64,000 nt of DNA from NCBI GenBank assembly GCA_028284265.1, contig JANQRZ010000006.1, positions 207,610 through 271,609 of the forward strand, written 5' to 3'. Position 1 is the first letter of the stretch. Each line of letters opens with the position of its first letter. The translations under genes and the position numbers were made by a program. This stretch comes from Rhodothermales bacterium. GTDB taxonomy: Bacteria > Bacteroidota > Rhodothermia > Rhodothermales > JANQRZ01. A model generated the notes under the pieces. The model was not told the DNA's origin. It made no database searches and saw nothing but the letters and a program-made list of their open reading frames with translations. Below are positions 45,600 to 54,968 of the stretch, one piece after another.

Positions 45600-46504
45600 G
45601 CGACTACCCGCTCGACGTGACGAGTCTCCTGTGCCTCAGCGGCGTGCATCAGCACCAGGTAGGCATCTTCCAGCGTCGGGCGCGTCGGAGCAAACCCGGC
45701 AGGCGGTGGGCCATCAGGCACGTAGAGCCGGACGAGGTTACGGCCTTCAACCAGATAGGCCTGCGTCACCTGACCCACTTCGGCGAGGGCCGTGAGTTGG
45801 TGGTGCGATGCCTCGCCCTCATAGACCTGTCCGTCGATGGCCGCGCGGGCCTCGCTCGGCGTGGTCTCGGTGAGAACTTGCCCTTTGCGGAGCACCGCGA
45901 AGCGCGGGCAGAGCACTGCCACGTCCTCGACGATGTGGGTCGAGAGCAGGACGGTCCGGTCCTCAGCCAACTCGCCGAGCAGGCGGTAGAATCGGATGCG
46001 CTCCTCCGGGTCGAGGCCCGCTGTCGGCTCGTCAACGATCAGCAGCGCCGGGTCACCCGCTATGGCTTGGGCGATGCCGAGGCGCTGCCGCATCCCGCCA
46101 GAATACCCCTTCACCTTGCGCTTGGCCGCGAACGTCAGGTTAACGCGCTCCAGTAGCTCGGCCACCAGTTTCTTCTGCCCACCCGGCGCGTTCACCCCTT
46201 TCAGGCGAAGCATATGGAGCAGCATCGCCTCGCCCGTCAGGTTCGGGTAGAAGCCGAAATACTGCGGCAAGTAGCCGAGTCGCGCCCAGAGTTGGTCGGG
46301 GTTCACTGTGATGTCATCGCCCTCGAAGTGAACGGTGCCCGAGGTTGGCTCGAGCAGGCCCGCGAGGGTTTTCATGAGCGTCGTCTTGCCCGCGCCGTTG
46401 GGGCCGAGCAGGCCGAACATGCCAGTCGGGATTTCTAGGTTGATACCCTGAAGCGCGGCGACGGGGCCGGGGTAGACTTTGACGAGGTCGCGGATGGTTA
46501 GCAT
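45596..46504 (-). CDS. ABC transporter ATP-binding protein (ABC-2/DrrA type)
   Basis: Walker A GPNGAGKTT, signature YSGGMRQRL, Walker B LLIVDEPTAGLDP. Confidence 0.9.
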   Translation of the reverse strand: MLTIRDLVKVYPGPVAALQGINLEIPTGMFGLLGPNGAGKTTLMKTLAGLLEPTSGTVHFEGDDITVNPDQLWARLGYLPQYFGFYPNLTGEAMLLHMLRLKGVNAPGGQKKLVAELLERVNLTFAAKRKVKGYSGGMRQRLGIAQAIAGDPALLIVDEPTAGLDPEERIRFYRLLGELAEDRTVLLSTHIVEDVAVLCPRFAVLRKGQVLTETTPSEARAAIDGQVYEGEASHHQLTALAEVGQVTQAYLVEGRNLVRLYVPDGPPPAGFAPTRPTLEDAYLVLMHAAEAQETRHVERVVA

Positions 46505-46576
46505 ACAGAGAGCGTTCGGCGGGTTGGCAAGATGCGCCGTAACGCGGTTGGGGTATTGTAGAAATTCGCCATCGGG

Positions 46577-47377
46577 CTATTCGGGACGGTGGTGCGTGAG
46601 ATAGGGGAGTGCTAGTAACTGGCTCGGCGTGTAGCCCGTGTAGCGTTTGATCTCCCGGATGAAGTGGGGCTGGTCGTGGTAGCCGTAGCGCGTCACGTAG
46701 TCGAACCAGTCGGTGCTACCGGTTCGGAAGAGGTCGGCGAGGACATGCTTGAAGCGGTGGCGGAGGAGAAACTGTTTCGGCGTCAGGCCGGTGTCGGCTT
46801 TGAAGTGCCGGGCGAGGGTGCTGTACGACGACTGGGTGAGCACCGCGAGGTCGCGGACCGAGGTGGTCGGGGTGACCGTAGCGGCTACCTCATGGACGAT
46901 CCCGGCACGCCGCTCGTCGAGTTGTTCCAGCAGCCACGCATCCAGTTCATCTGCGATACGCAGGGCCGGAAGGTTCACCACATGCCGCTCAACCCTGTCG
47001 AGGGCGCTGCCAAAGACTTCATGCGCTGAGACGACTGCTTCCCGAATAAGCTCGGGCGCACGGAGCCAGAGGAACGGGACGACAGAGGACAGCCCGCGCG
47101 GTTTGAACTTCACCACGATCATCTGTTCTAGCTCCGCCGGGTAGACGGTCAGGCCGCGCTCGATGTAGCCGAACAGGATGCTTTGGCGCGTCGCCCGCAT
47201 GCGTCCGAGGTACTGGTACCGGAGCACGCCCCGGATGCCGAGCACGAGTTCGGGTGCGAGCGAGGGGAACTCGTGGACGGGGTCGCAGAGGTGAACGAAT
47301 CCCTCGCTCTCATCGACGATCCAGTAGTAGTCGATGTGCTCGCGCAGCCGGGCGTCCTGAGGTAAAAACTTGGGCAT
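46577..47377 (-). CDS. AraC-family transcriptional regulator
   Basis: Start trimmed to MPKFLPQDARL (ATG at 47377). C-terminal double HTH (SYSTLARHFKADTGLTPKQFLLRHRF...GYHDQPHFIREIKRYTGYTPSQ). Confidence 0.8.
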   Translation of the reverse strand: MPKFLPQDARLREHIDYYWIVDESEGFVHLCDPVHEFPSLAPELVLGIRGVLRYQYLGRMRATRQSILFGYIERGLTVYPAELEQMIVVKFKPRGLSSVVPFLWLRAPELIREAVVSAHEVFGSALDRVERHVVNLPALRIADELDAWLLEQLDERRAGIVHEVAATVTPTTSVRDLAVLTQSSYSTLARHFKADTGLTPKQFLLRHRFKHVLADLFRTGSTDWFDYVTRYGYHDQPHFIREIKRYTGYTPSQLLALPYLTHHRPE

Positions 47378-47475
47378 GGACCGACGGAGCACAGGAGACG
47401 AAACAGTGCCGGCTACGCGGTGCGGCATGGCAAGGTTACGGTCCCAAGCAGCCCGGTTTCTCCTAAGGCAGTTGC

Positions 47476-48015
47476 TTAGGCAGAGCGAGTGATGATGCGC
47501 TCGATCTGTGCCCGGTGGGCGAGGTCGTGGCCTGCGTAGAGCCGGACCATATCCGCGATGGACTCCTCGCCACGCTCGCCGTGCAGGCCCGCGCGCTGGA
47601 GGTCGGTCTCCGACGCTGTATTCAAGAGACGGAGGTTGGCCGCGCGCACTGCCTGGAAAAGCTGGACCGAAAGGTCGGGCGGTTGCGAGGCATAGTTGAG
47701 GCGTGCGGCCCACAGGTCTTGGTCGTAGCCGTCAAGCCGGGGCCGGTCTTCGGCTAGCACCCGGCGGAGTCGGTAGCTCCACACGAGGTCGGAGTCAGCG
47801 AGGTGGTGGAGCACATCGGCCACCGACCACTTGCCTTCGGCTTCGGGCCTGCGGAGCCGTTCGAGAGCTACCTCGCGTACCACCTCAGTGCACCAAGCGG
47901 GTGTGTGTTGGAGGACCGTGCGCGGGTCGGTGTCGTGGAGCGTAGCGAGCAGCGCGGCTCGATATTGGGCGACGACCTCAGGGGTACTGTCGCCGGGAAG
48001 AGTCAGAACGGACAT
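47476..48015 (-). CDS. DinB-family protein
   Basis: Start trimmed to MSVLTLPGD (ATG at 48015). Four-helix-bundle His pattern (HHLADSDL...GHDLAHRAQI). Confidence 0.7.
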   Translation of the reverse strand: MSVLTLPGDSTPEVVAQYRAALLATLHDTDPRTVLQHTPAWCTEVVREVALERLRRPEAEGKWSVADVLHHLADSDLVWSYRLRRVLAEDRPRLDGYDQDLWAARLNYASQPPDLSVQLFQAVRAANLRLLNTASETDLQRAGLHGERGEESIADMVRLYAGHDLAHRAQIERIITRSA

Positions 48016-48019
48016 GGCA

Positions 48020-48238
48020 CTAGGAGGAAGGAGAGACGGGCGGGTATTTGTCGAGAAGGTGCGCGGGTCGGATCGGGCGAGGGACGAAGTGACCGCCGCA
48101 GTTGGGGCACACGCCCGCCAAGTCGCCTTCGACGCAGTCGCGGCAGAAGGTGCACTCGAATGAGCAGATGAAGGCGTCCGTGGAAGCCGGTGGCAGGGCG
48201 GCGTTGCAGCGTTCGCAGGCTGGGCGTAGCTCAAGCAT
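48020..48238 (-). CDS. DUF1272 zinc-ribbon protein
   Basis: MLELRPACERCNAALPPASTDAFICSFECTFCRDCVEGDLAGVCPNCGGHFVPRPIRP matches the DUF1272 Cys pattern. Its start overlaps the upstream GNAT gene end by 8 nt. Confidence 0.8.
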   Translation of the reverse strand: MLELRPACERCNAALPPASTDAFICSFECTFCRDCVEGDLAGVCPNCGGHFVPRPIRPAHLLDKYPPVSPSS

Positions 48239-48731
48239 GGGGAGGATGGGCGTCAGAGGAAAGGTGGTCGAAGGCTGTGTCCCCAAGGTAGAAGCGGACC
48301 TTCGGCTTGGAGGTCGCCCGGAGTCGCTCATAAAAGAGGATCGCCCGCCCATTCGAAGTCGGGGTCTGCCACTGCATCTGCGCGCATCCGGCACGGCACG
48401 CTTCCTGTGCAACCGTTGCTATGAGTTGTCGCCCGAGGCCCTGTCCTCGCGCTTTGGGAGTTAGATACAGGCAGTCAAGGTGGGCATAAGGAGCCGCGTC
48501 CCACGTTGATAGCTGAACGGCCCACGTCGCAAAGCCGATAAGCGTGCCGACTTGCTCTACGACGAGGCCGAAGAGTCGAGGAGACGGGGCGAAGAATAGG
48601 CTGTGCAGCGCCTCTGCCTTGCCCTCGCTCCGATACGCCTCACCCTCGTAGGCGGCGTGCGCCGCGCACAGCACGACCAGCGCATCAAGGTCGCTCGGAC
48701 GCACGGGACGGATGGTAGCAGCGGGGAGCAT
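48231..48731 (-). CDS. GNAT-family N-acetyltransferase
   Basis: Start at MLPAATIRPVRPSDLDALV (ATG at 48731). CoA-binding motif KARGQGLGRQLI. Confidence 0.75.
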   Translation of the reverse strand: MLPAATIRPVRPSDLDALVVLCAAHAAYEGEAYRSEGKAEALHSLFFAPSPRLFGLVVEQVGTLIGFATWAVQLSTWDAAPYAHLDCLYLTPKARGQGLGRQLIATVAQEACRAGCAQMQWQTPTSNGRAILFYERLRATSKPKVRFYLGDTAFDHLSSDAHPPHA

Positions 48732-48806
48732 AGGGCCAATTTCAGACCGGAGTCTGTTGAGTCCTAGGTCCAATCGGGTACAAGAGAGCAGACCACTTTG
48801 CCCGAC

Positions 48807-50330
48807 TCAGGGACCTGCCGCTTGCTCGACATAGGCCTCGTGCAGTAACGCGGTGAGGTGCTCGACGCCCCGTCGCAACGCCCGTTCGTCCACGCCTGCA
48901 TAGCCCAAGATGAGGCCGGGTTGTGCGGTGTCGCCGAGGTAGCAGGGCGAAAGCGGAGGGACGTGAAGTCCTGCCGCTGCCGCACGGGCAGAGACATCGA
49001 GGTCCGACACCCCGTCCTTGAGTCGGGCGCATACGTGCAGGCCAGTGTCGGAGGGGCCAATGGTCGTCATCTCGTCGAGGCCTCCACGGGCGGCATCGAG
49101 GAGAGCTGCTCGGCGTGCCCGGTAGAGGTCGCGGGTGCGACGGAGGTGGGCCGCGAAATGGCCCTGTGCTACGAAGGCAGCGACCGCAGCCTGCACAATG
49201 GACGAGGGCTGCCCGCCGAACGTCTCGACCGCCCGCTCCGCCGGGGCAACGAGCGCGTCCGGCAGCACCACGTAGGCCAGTCGGAGACCGGGAAAGAGCA
49301 CCTTGTTGAACGTACCGACATAGACCACGCTGCCCGTCCGGTCGAAGCTCTGGAGCGGCGCGAGGGGACCGCCGACGTGCCGAAACTCGCTGTCGTAGTC
49401 GTCTTCGATGATCCAGCTTCCGGTCGTGCGTGCCCAGTCGAGGAGCGCCACGCGCCGCGCCGCCGAGAGCGTCATGCCAGTTGGATACTGGTGCGACGGC
49501 GTGACATATACCAGCCGCGCCTCAGGAGCCGTCTCGACACCGGCCTCGACAAGCAGCCCATCCTGGTCGACCGGCACGGGGACGATGTTCGCGCCCGAGG
49601 CACCGAACACGGCACGGGCACCGAGGTAGCCCGGCTCCTCCAGCCAGACGGTGTCGCCTTCACTGAGAAGCAAACGCGCCAGCAGGTCGAGGGCCTGCTG
49701 CGTGCTCGACAGGATGAGGATGCGCTCGGCATCGCACTGGACACGCCGCGTCCGGGCGAGATGATCGGCGAGCGCGGTGCGGAGGGCATAGTCGCCCAAG
49801 AGCGGCGTCGAACGTTGCAGGCGGCGGCCCTGCTCGTGGAGCGTGTCGATGAGCAGCCGGTTCCACGCGGCGATGGGGAAGGCGTCCTCGCTCGGCAGGC
49901 ACGGGGCAAAGCCAGCCGGCGACGTAGGGTCGTCTCGGAATTGGGCAACCGAAGCGAGGCGTTGCCCCTGCGCGGCGAGTCGGCGTTCGGGCGCGGCGAG
50001 AGTGTGCGGATCGGGCAGGGCTTTGGCGAGGGGCTGCGGACGTACTGGCAGCAACTCGACGACATAGGTGCCGGAGCCACGCCGCCGCTCGATGAAGCCT
50101 TCGGCGACGAGTTCGTCGTAGGCTAGCTCGACCGTCGTCCGCGACACGGCAAGGTCGTGCGCGAGCACACGCGAGGCAGGCAGACGAGCGCCCGGCCCGA
50201 GGTGCTCGCGGCGGATCAGGTCGCGGAGGTGGTCGCGCAGCCGGTGGTAGATCGGTGCCTCCGGGTTGACCGGGTCCGATAACACGGCTGCTACGAGGTC
50301 GATGATGGGGGCGTCGGTGCGTCCGGCCAT
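48807..50330 (-). CDS. MocR-type regulator (GntR wHTH fused to a class I/II aminotransferase-like domain)
   Basis: N-terminal IYHRLRDHLRDLIRREHLGPGARLPASRVLAHDLAVSRTTVELAYDELVAEGFI plus a ~400-aa PLP-fold domain. Confidence 0.85.
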   Translation of the reverse strand: MAGRTDAPIIDLVAAVLSDPVNPEAPIYHRLRDHLRDLIRREHLGPGARLPASRVLAHDLAVSRTTVELAYDELVAEGFIERRRGSGTYVVELLPVRPQPLAKALPDPHTLAAPERRLAAQGQRLASVAQFRDDPTSPAGFAPCLPSEDAFPIAAWNRLLIDTLHEQGRRLQRSTPLLGDYALRTALADHLARTRRVQCDAERILILSSTQQALDLLARLLLSEGDTVWLEEPGYLGARAVFGASGANIVPVPVDQDGLLVEAGVETAPEARLVYVTPSHQYPTGMTLSAARRVALLDWARTTGSWIIEDDYDSEFRHVGGPLAPLQSFDRTGSVVYVGTFNKVLFPGLRLAYVVLPDALVAPAERAVETFGGQPSSIVQAAVAAFVAQGHFAAHLRRTRDLYRARRAALLDAARGGLDEMTTIGPSDTGLHVCARLKDGVSDLDVSARAAAAGLHVPPLSPCYLGDTAQPGLILGYAGVDERALRRGVEHLTALLHEAYVEQAAGP

Positions 50331-50335
50331 AGGCG

Positions 50336-52153
50336 TCAGTCCGCACGGAGTCGGGATAGCGCAGCGTCGAGTTCGGGGTCCCGACCGGCGATCACAGCGT
50401 TGGCGTCCAACGGGACGACCACATCCGGGACGATGCCTCGGTCGGGTCCCGGTTCAGACGGGCGCGAGGCGAAGAGCGGCACGTCCACCGAGACGCCCGA
50501 GTGGGGCAGCGTCAGGAATGCCATCTGTCCGGCATTGAGTCCCTTTAGCGAGCCGCCCGTTTCCTGTCCCACGAGGAGCGCCACTCCAGCCTCTTTGATC
50601 TGCTTGGCGAGGTAGAACGTCGCCGATGAGGCCGCCGCGTCGATTAGGACCGCCGTCGGTCCTTGGAAGGCATCGTCGGCGGGTGACAGGGTGACGGGCG
50701 GACGGCGCGGCATCGGGTACGTGCCATCTCCGGCAGGTGTTACCCGGTCTGAGAGGTCGTAGAAGTCGGAGGACCACGAGCGGACGTAGGGGCGCACGGT
50801 CTCAGGTACGAGGTCGTAGGCCGTTGAGCCGTTCCAGAAGGTGGCGGTCACCGGCTCGGTGAGGAGGTGGCGAAGCAGGAGCGTTGCGGCCGCGTCCATC
50901 CCGCCGGCGGTACCGCGCAGATCGACCACCAGCCGCCCGGCTCCCTCGGTGTTCATCTGCCGGAAGGCGTCGATCAGCCACGCATCATAGTCGCGCTCCA
51001 TCGAGAACGTGGCGAAGCTGCCGATCTTGAGATAGGCCGTCCCATCGTCCAGCATCTCGAACCGGAGCATATCGCCGCGCGAGCGGGGGAGCGAGGCGTC
51101 CCGCGTCCACAGCACCTCGCGCCGGGCCTCCTGCGTCATGCGGGGAACGACGAGGCTTTGCATCCCCTCGTCGGGCCGCCGGGCCATGAGGGTCAGGTCG
51201 CCCTCGGGTTGGAAGAGGAGGCTGTAGATCACGTCGAAGCGCTCGGCCGGGGCGAGTAAGTCCCACAGGTAGAGCCGAAAGCGCCGGTCGCCGTCGCGCT
51301 TTCCATCGCCCGAGGCGAAGGGGAGCAGAGCCTCGATTATATCAGGCACGGGGCGTCCATCCAGCGCCCGAATCTCGGTACCCGGTGGCAGCGCGCGGTC
51401 GGGGGTGGCATCGCCCGTCACGATCATCCGGTCGCCGACGAGCCGGAAGGTGAACGGCACGCGGTCGGGACGGTGGTAGAGCGCCGCCTCGGTGAGCGGC
51501 TGCTGGTTGTACATGCTGACCTGCGTATGCCCATCGCGTAGCGCCGCCACGGCGCGGGCGACGGCGAGATAGACCGAGGGCATCGGAATCGCGTCGCCGT
51601 ACTGCGCGCCGAGCGCGTCGGCGGTCTCGTCCAGTCGGTCGAAAATACGGGCGAGGTCCTTGGCGGTGTTGTGGAGCGTCAAGCCGGGGTGCAGCGCGTA
51701 GAGGCCTTCGCGGAGGACGGTGAGGTCTTCAGTCAATTCGGCCTGCGACAGTACCGGGACCGGCAGTCCGGTCTGGGGGCCATCGAAGGCGCGGCGGTCG
51801 GCCGTCATCTCGCCGGGCAGCAGGAGTCGGTTGCTGCCGCGCTCCCACCGGACCTCGGCTCCCGGCGATTCGATCACCACTTTGTATCCCACCTCCTCGG
51901 TGCCATCCGGGAAGTCGAGGCGTGCCGAGTAGACGCCGTTGCCATCGTCATCCTTCAAAGGCAGCGAGCGCTCCCACGACAGCGGGGCCGTGTCACCCCG
52001 AACGCCGACCACTGCATCGGGCGCGACCGTTTCGCTCGCCATGTCGATCTCGACCGAGACCGACTGGGCGTGCGCGAGGTGGAGCAGGCCGAGGCCGAGG
52101 AAAAGAAGGAGCCAGCGTGCAACGGGCAGCATTGGGCGATGGAGCGGAGGCAT
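50336..52153 (-). CDS. S41-family (tail-specific/C-terminal processing type) peptidase with an N-terminal CBM20-like module
   Basis: Start trimmed to MPPLHRPMLPVARWLLLFLGLGLLHLAHAQ (signal peptide; alternative start 52132). The S41-like C-terminal region includes VVDLRGTAGG and IDAAASSATFYLA...GQETGGS. The N-terminal module ends in RWERGSNR. Confidence 0.65.
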   Translation of the reverse strand: MPPLHRPMLPVARWLLLFLGLGLLHLAHAQSVSVEIDMASETVAPDAVVGVRGDTAPLSWERSLPLKDDDGNGVYSARLDFPDGTEEVGYKVVIESPGAEVRWERGSNRLLLPGEMTADRRAFDGPQTGLPVPVLSQAELTEDLTVLREGLYALHPGLTLHNTAKDLARIFDRLDETADALGAQYGDAIPMPSVYLAVARAVAALRDGHTQVSMYNQQPLTEAALYHRPDRVPFTFRLVGDRMIVTGDATPDRALPPGTEIRALDGRPVPDIIEALLPFASGDGKRDGDRRFRLYLWDLLAPAERFDVIYSLLFQPEGDLTLMARRPDEGMQSLVVPRMTQEARREVLWTRDASLPRSRGDMLRFEMLDDGTAYLKIGSFATFSMERDYDAWLIDAFRQMNTEGAGRLVVDLRGTAGGMDAAATLLLRHLLTEPVTATFWNGSTAYDLVPETVRPYVRSWSSDFYDLSDRVTPAGDGTYPMPRRPPVTLSPADDAFQGPTAVLIDAAASSATFYLAKQIKEAGVALLVGQETGGSLKGLNAGQMAFLTLPHSGVSVDVPLFASRPSEPGPDRGIVPDVVVPLDANAVIAGRDPELDAALSRLRAD

Positions 52154-52425
52154 GGAGGGAGAATGGGCTGCGAAGCTGTTCGGACTTATGATCGCGGGCT
52201 GCGAGCGGCTGCGGAACCGACCGGCTACGTCGCGCTGTATAGCCGAACCTCGCGGTTCGCCTGCTGCGCGCTTCTGGCCGGATCGGCTCCTCGTTCGCTC
52301 TCGCCCCACACGCTGAAAACCCGAACGGCTTCTGAGAGGAAGGTAGTCCTCCCAATCTGCGCGCTGGGCCGGGTGGCCCCTAGAGCCGCTTTCGCCGAAA
52401 AGATCAGACCACCCAATCGCGATGT

Positions 52426-54813
52426 CTACTCAGAGCGGAGCGCCTCCACCGGGTTCACGCTGGCTGCCCGCAGGGCCTGCGTACTGACCGTTGCGAGGGC
52501 GATCAGAAGTGCAAGCACGCCCGCGAGGACGAACACGCCCAGCCCGATCCCGGTGCGGTAGGCGAAGGTGTCCAGCCAGCGGTCCATGGCGAGGTACGCG
52601 ACGGGCACCGCGACCACAAACGCGACCGCGACAAGCTTGACCACGTCCTTCGTGAGCAGGCTGACCAAGCTCGGCACGCTGGCCCCGAGCACCTTGCGGA
52701 TGCCGATCTCTTTTGTCCGCTGCGCCGCCGCGTAGGCCGCCAGCCCGAACAGGCCGAGGCACGCGATGAAGACAGCCAGCCCGGCGAGGATGCCAAACAA
52801 CTGGCCGAACCGCCGCTCGGCCTCGTACTGCGCGCCGAACGCGTCGTCCACGAACTGGTAGTCGAACGGGCGCGTCGGAATCATATCGGCCCAGATCGCT
52901 TCTAGCTCCGAGAGAGTCTGGGATAGATCGCCGGTGCGGACGCGGGCCGTGAGCATACTGTGGTAGGCGTCGACAGCGACGATCCCGAGTGGCTCGACAG
53001 GCGTTTGCAGGCCGTTCGTGTGGAAGTCTTGCACCACGCCGACCACCTCGCCCTCGATCCCCCAGAACCGAGCCATCTTTCCGAGGATCGCTTCGGGCGA
53101 AGCGTAGCCTGCCTCCCGAACGGCGGTCTCGTTGAGCACGTAGGCCGCGAGCGATTCGCTCGTCGTCTCCGCGCCCGGTGCGCGTCCGGCGATGATCTGC
53201 ATGTCGTACACCTCCACAAAGTCAGGGTCTACGAGATAAGCGTCCACGGAGAAGTCGCGATTTCCCCCCTCAGGCCGCTCGATCTCGCCGCCTGCCCTCG
53301 GATTGCCTGCCGTCGGGGCTGTGATGGAGGACGTCACGCCCGTGACCGCCGGATGCGCGTCGAAACGCTGCTTTAGCGTTTCCAGTCGGGCGGTGTCCAT
53401 CTCACCGAATCGCGCCATGAGCAACTGGCCCGTCTCGTCCGTGCCGGGGTCGAAGCCGAGATCGCGGTTCTGCATGTACTGAAGCTGGTTGAACACGACT
53501 GCTGTGCCCGCGATGAGCGCGACCGAGATGCCGAACTGGAGCACGACGAGGCCCTGCCGGAGCACGGCCCCCTCGCGCCCACCTGCGAAGCGTCCCTTCA
53601 GCACCTGCGCGGGGTGAAAACCAGAGAGCACAAACGCCGGATACGCACCAGCGATCAGACCCACGAGTAGCGCTACCACGACCAAACCGGGGAGCCACGG
53701 TCCGAAGTCGGCGAGCGCGAGTGCCTTCTCGGTGAAGGTGTTGAACGCGGGGAGGACCAGCACCACGAGGCTGATGGCGACTAGGAGCGCCGCCGTGCTG
53801 AGAAGCACCGCCTCGGCGAGGAACTGCATCACGAGACGCGAGCGCGGCGCGCCGAGCGTCTTCCGCACGCCGACCTCCCGCGCCCGCTCGACGGACCGTG
53901 CCGTGGCGAGGTTGGTGAAGTTGACGCACGCGATGAGGAGGACGAAGAGCGCGATAGCCCCGAACACCTGAAGCGCCGCGAAGTCGCCGCGCGCGTTGGC
54001 AGGGCTGCGGTCCGAGCGGAGGTACACGTCCGTCAGTCGTTCGGGCCGGAAGATGATACGCTGCCCCATCTCGCGCATCTCATCTCCAGCCCGTTGCTCC
54101 GTGAAGGCAGGCAGTGCGGCCTCGAATGCCGCGAAGTCGGTCTCGGGCTGGAGCAGGACGTAGGTGTTGAAGTTGACCGAGAACCAGTTGTCGTACCACC
54201 AACTGGGCGCGTCGGCCGTCGAGAGCGAGACCACCGCATCGACCCGCTGGTGCGATTGAAGCGGTGTGTCGATCATAACCCCGGAGACTGTCAACGTCCG
54301 GTCTTGCTCAGACATCGTTTGCCCCACCGGGTCTTCATCGCCGAAGTATTTACGAGCGAGCGATTCCGAGAGGACGATCAGCCCCGGCTCGGCCAGCACC
54401 GAAGCTGGGTCGCCGCGTGTCAGCGATAGGCCATCGAAGACCTGGAAGAACGCCGGGTCGGCATACGCCACGACCTCTTGAAACACCTCGTCGCCACGAC
54501 GGAAGATGAAGTCGCTGCCGATGGTGCGGACGGCGTGCTCGACGCCCGGCAGGTCCTCTTCGAGCGCCGGTGCGAGTAGGCCCTGCGAGCTGACGTTCTT
54601 CCGCACTTCGCCCTCTACCACGAAGTCCACGCCGACGCGGACGATCCGGTCGGCGTTGGCGTGGAAGCGGTCATAGCTCAGTTCGTCGCTGATGTAGAGC
54701 GTGATGAGCAGGCAGCACGCGATCCCAACCGCCAAGCCGAGCACATTGATGGCCGCATAGCCGGGGCGGCGGCGGAGACTGCGGAAGGCGACAGTGAGCA
54801 GATTTTTCAGCAT
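52426..54813 (-). CDS. duplicated FtsX/MacB-type ABC permease (paralogue 8)
   Basis: 795 aa. N-terminus MLKNLLTVAFRSLRRRPGYAAINVLGLAVGIACC, two FtsX modules, C-terminus VNPVEALRSE. The only gene directly behind promoter copy 2. Confidence 0.9.
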   Translation of the reverse strand: MLKNLLTVAFRSLRRRPGYAAINVLGLAVGIACCLLITLYISDELSYDRFHANADRIVRVGVDFVVEGEVRKNVSSQGLLAPALEEDLPGVEHAVRTIGSDFIFRRGDEVFQEVVAYADPAFFQVFDGLSLTRGDPASVLAEPGLIVLSESLARKYFGDEDPVGQTMSEQDRTLTVSGVMIDTPLQSHQRVDAVVSLSTADAPSWWYDNWFSVNFNTYVLLQPETDFAAFEAALPAFTEQRAGDEMREMGQRIIFRPERLTDVYLRSDRSPANARGDFAALQVFGAIALFVLLIACVNFTNLATARSVERAREVGVRKTLGAPRSRLVMQFLAEAVLLSTAALLVAISLVVLVLPAFNTFTEKALALADFGPWLPGLVVVALLVGLIAGAYPAFVLSGFHPAQVLKGRFAGGREGAVLRQGLVVLQFGISVALIAGTAVVFNQLQYMQNRDLGFDPGTDETGQLLMARFGEMDTARLETLKQRFDAHPAVTGVTSSITAPTAGNPRAGGEIERPEGGNRDFSVDAYLVDPDFVEVYDMQIIAGRAPGAETTSESLAAYVLNETAVREAGYASPEAILGKMARFWGIEGEVVGVVQDFHTNGLQTPVEPLGIVAVDAYHSMLTARVRTGDLSQTLSELEAIWADMIPTRPFDYQFVDDAFGAQYEAERRFGQLFGILAGLAVFIACLGLFGLAAYAAAQRTKEIGIRKVLGASVPSLVSLLTKDVVKLVAVAFVVAVPVAYLAMDRWLDTFAYRTGIGLGVFVLAGVLALLIALATVSTQALRAASVNPVEALRSE

Positions 54814-54843
54814 AGCAGGAAGGGCTGGGTTCAGAACGCGCTT

Positions 54844-54859
54844 CGCAAGCGATATGCCG
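54844..54859 (-). promoter_or_regulatory. sigma54-type -24/-12 promoter (copy 2)
   Basis: Minus strand reads CGGCATATCGCTTGCG. Lies 31 nt upstream of the ATG at 54813. Confidence 0.7.
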
Positions 54860-54924
54860 CACCGTTGCTAGGGGTAAAACGGCTTGGCAGAGCGGCTCTA
54901 ACCTAGCGATGTCGGTATGTCGGG

Positions 54925-54961
54925 TGTGCGCTGGCGCACACCGGTTGTGCGTTAGCGCGCA
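54925..54961 (-). promoter_or_regulatory. tandem palindromic upstream sites (copy 2)
   Basis: Site A tgtgcgctggcgcaca (54925..54940) is a perfect palindrome. Site B is tgtgcgttagcgcgca (54946..54961). Centres are 21 bp apart. Site A is 75 bp from the -24 GG. The module ends 7 nt from the preceding stop codon. Confidence 0.6.
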
Positions 54962-54968
54962 GCCTCGC

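Noticed and set aside
46505-46576. GCAA-N-GCC string upstream of the M1/ABC operon, considered as another sigma54 promoter
   Set aside because: The spacing between the GC and GG elements is off by 2 nt relative to the consensus, and there is no associated palindrome pair.
52154-52425. Searched this 272-bp spacer upstream of the S41 peptidase gene for a sixth sigma54/UAS module
   Set aside because: No GG-N10-GC match of the conserved 16-mer type and no TGTGCGC/GCGCACA palindromes were found. Only weak hairpins are present (e.g. CGAACC-TCGC-GGTTCG) and they lack a U-tract.
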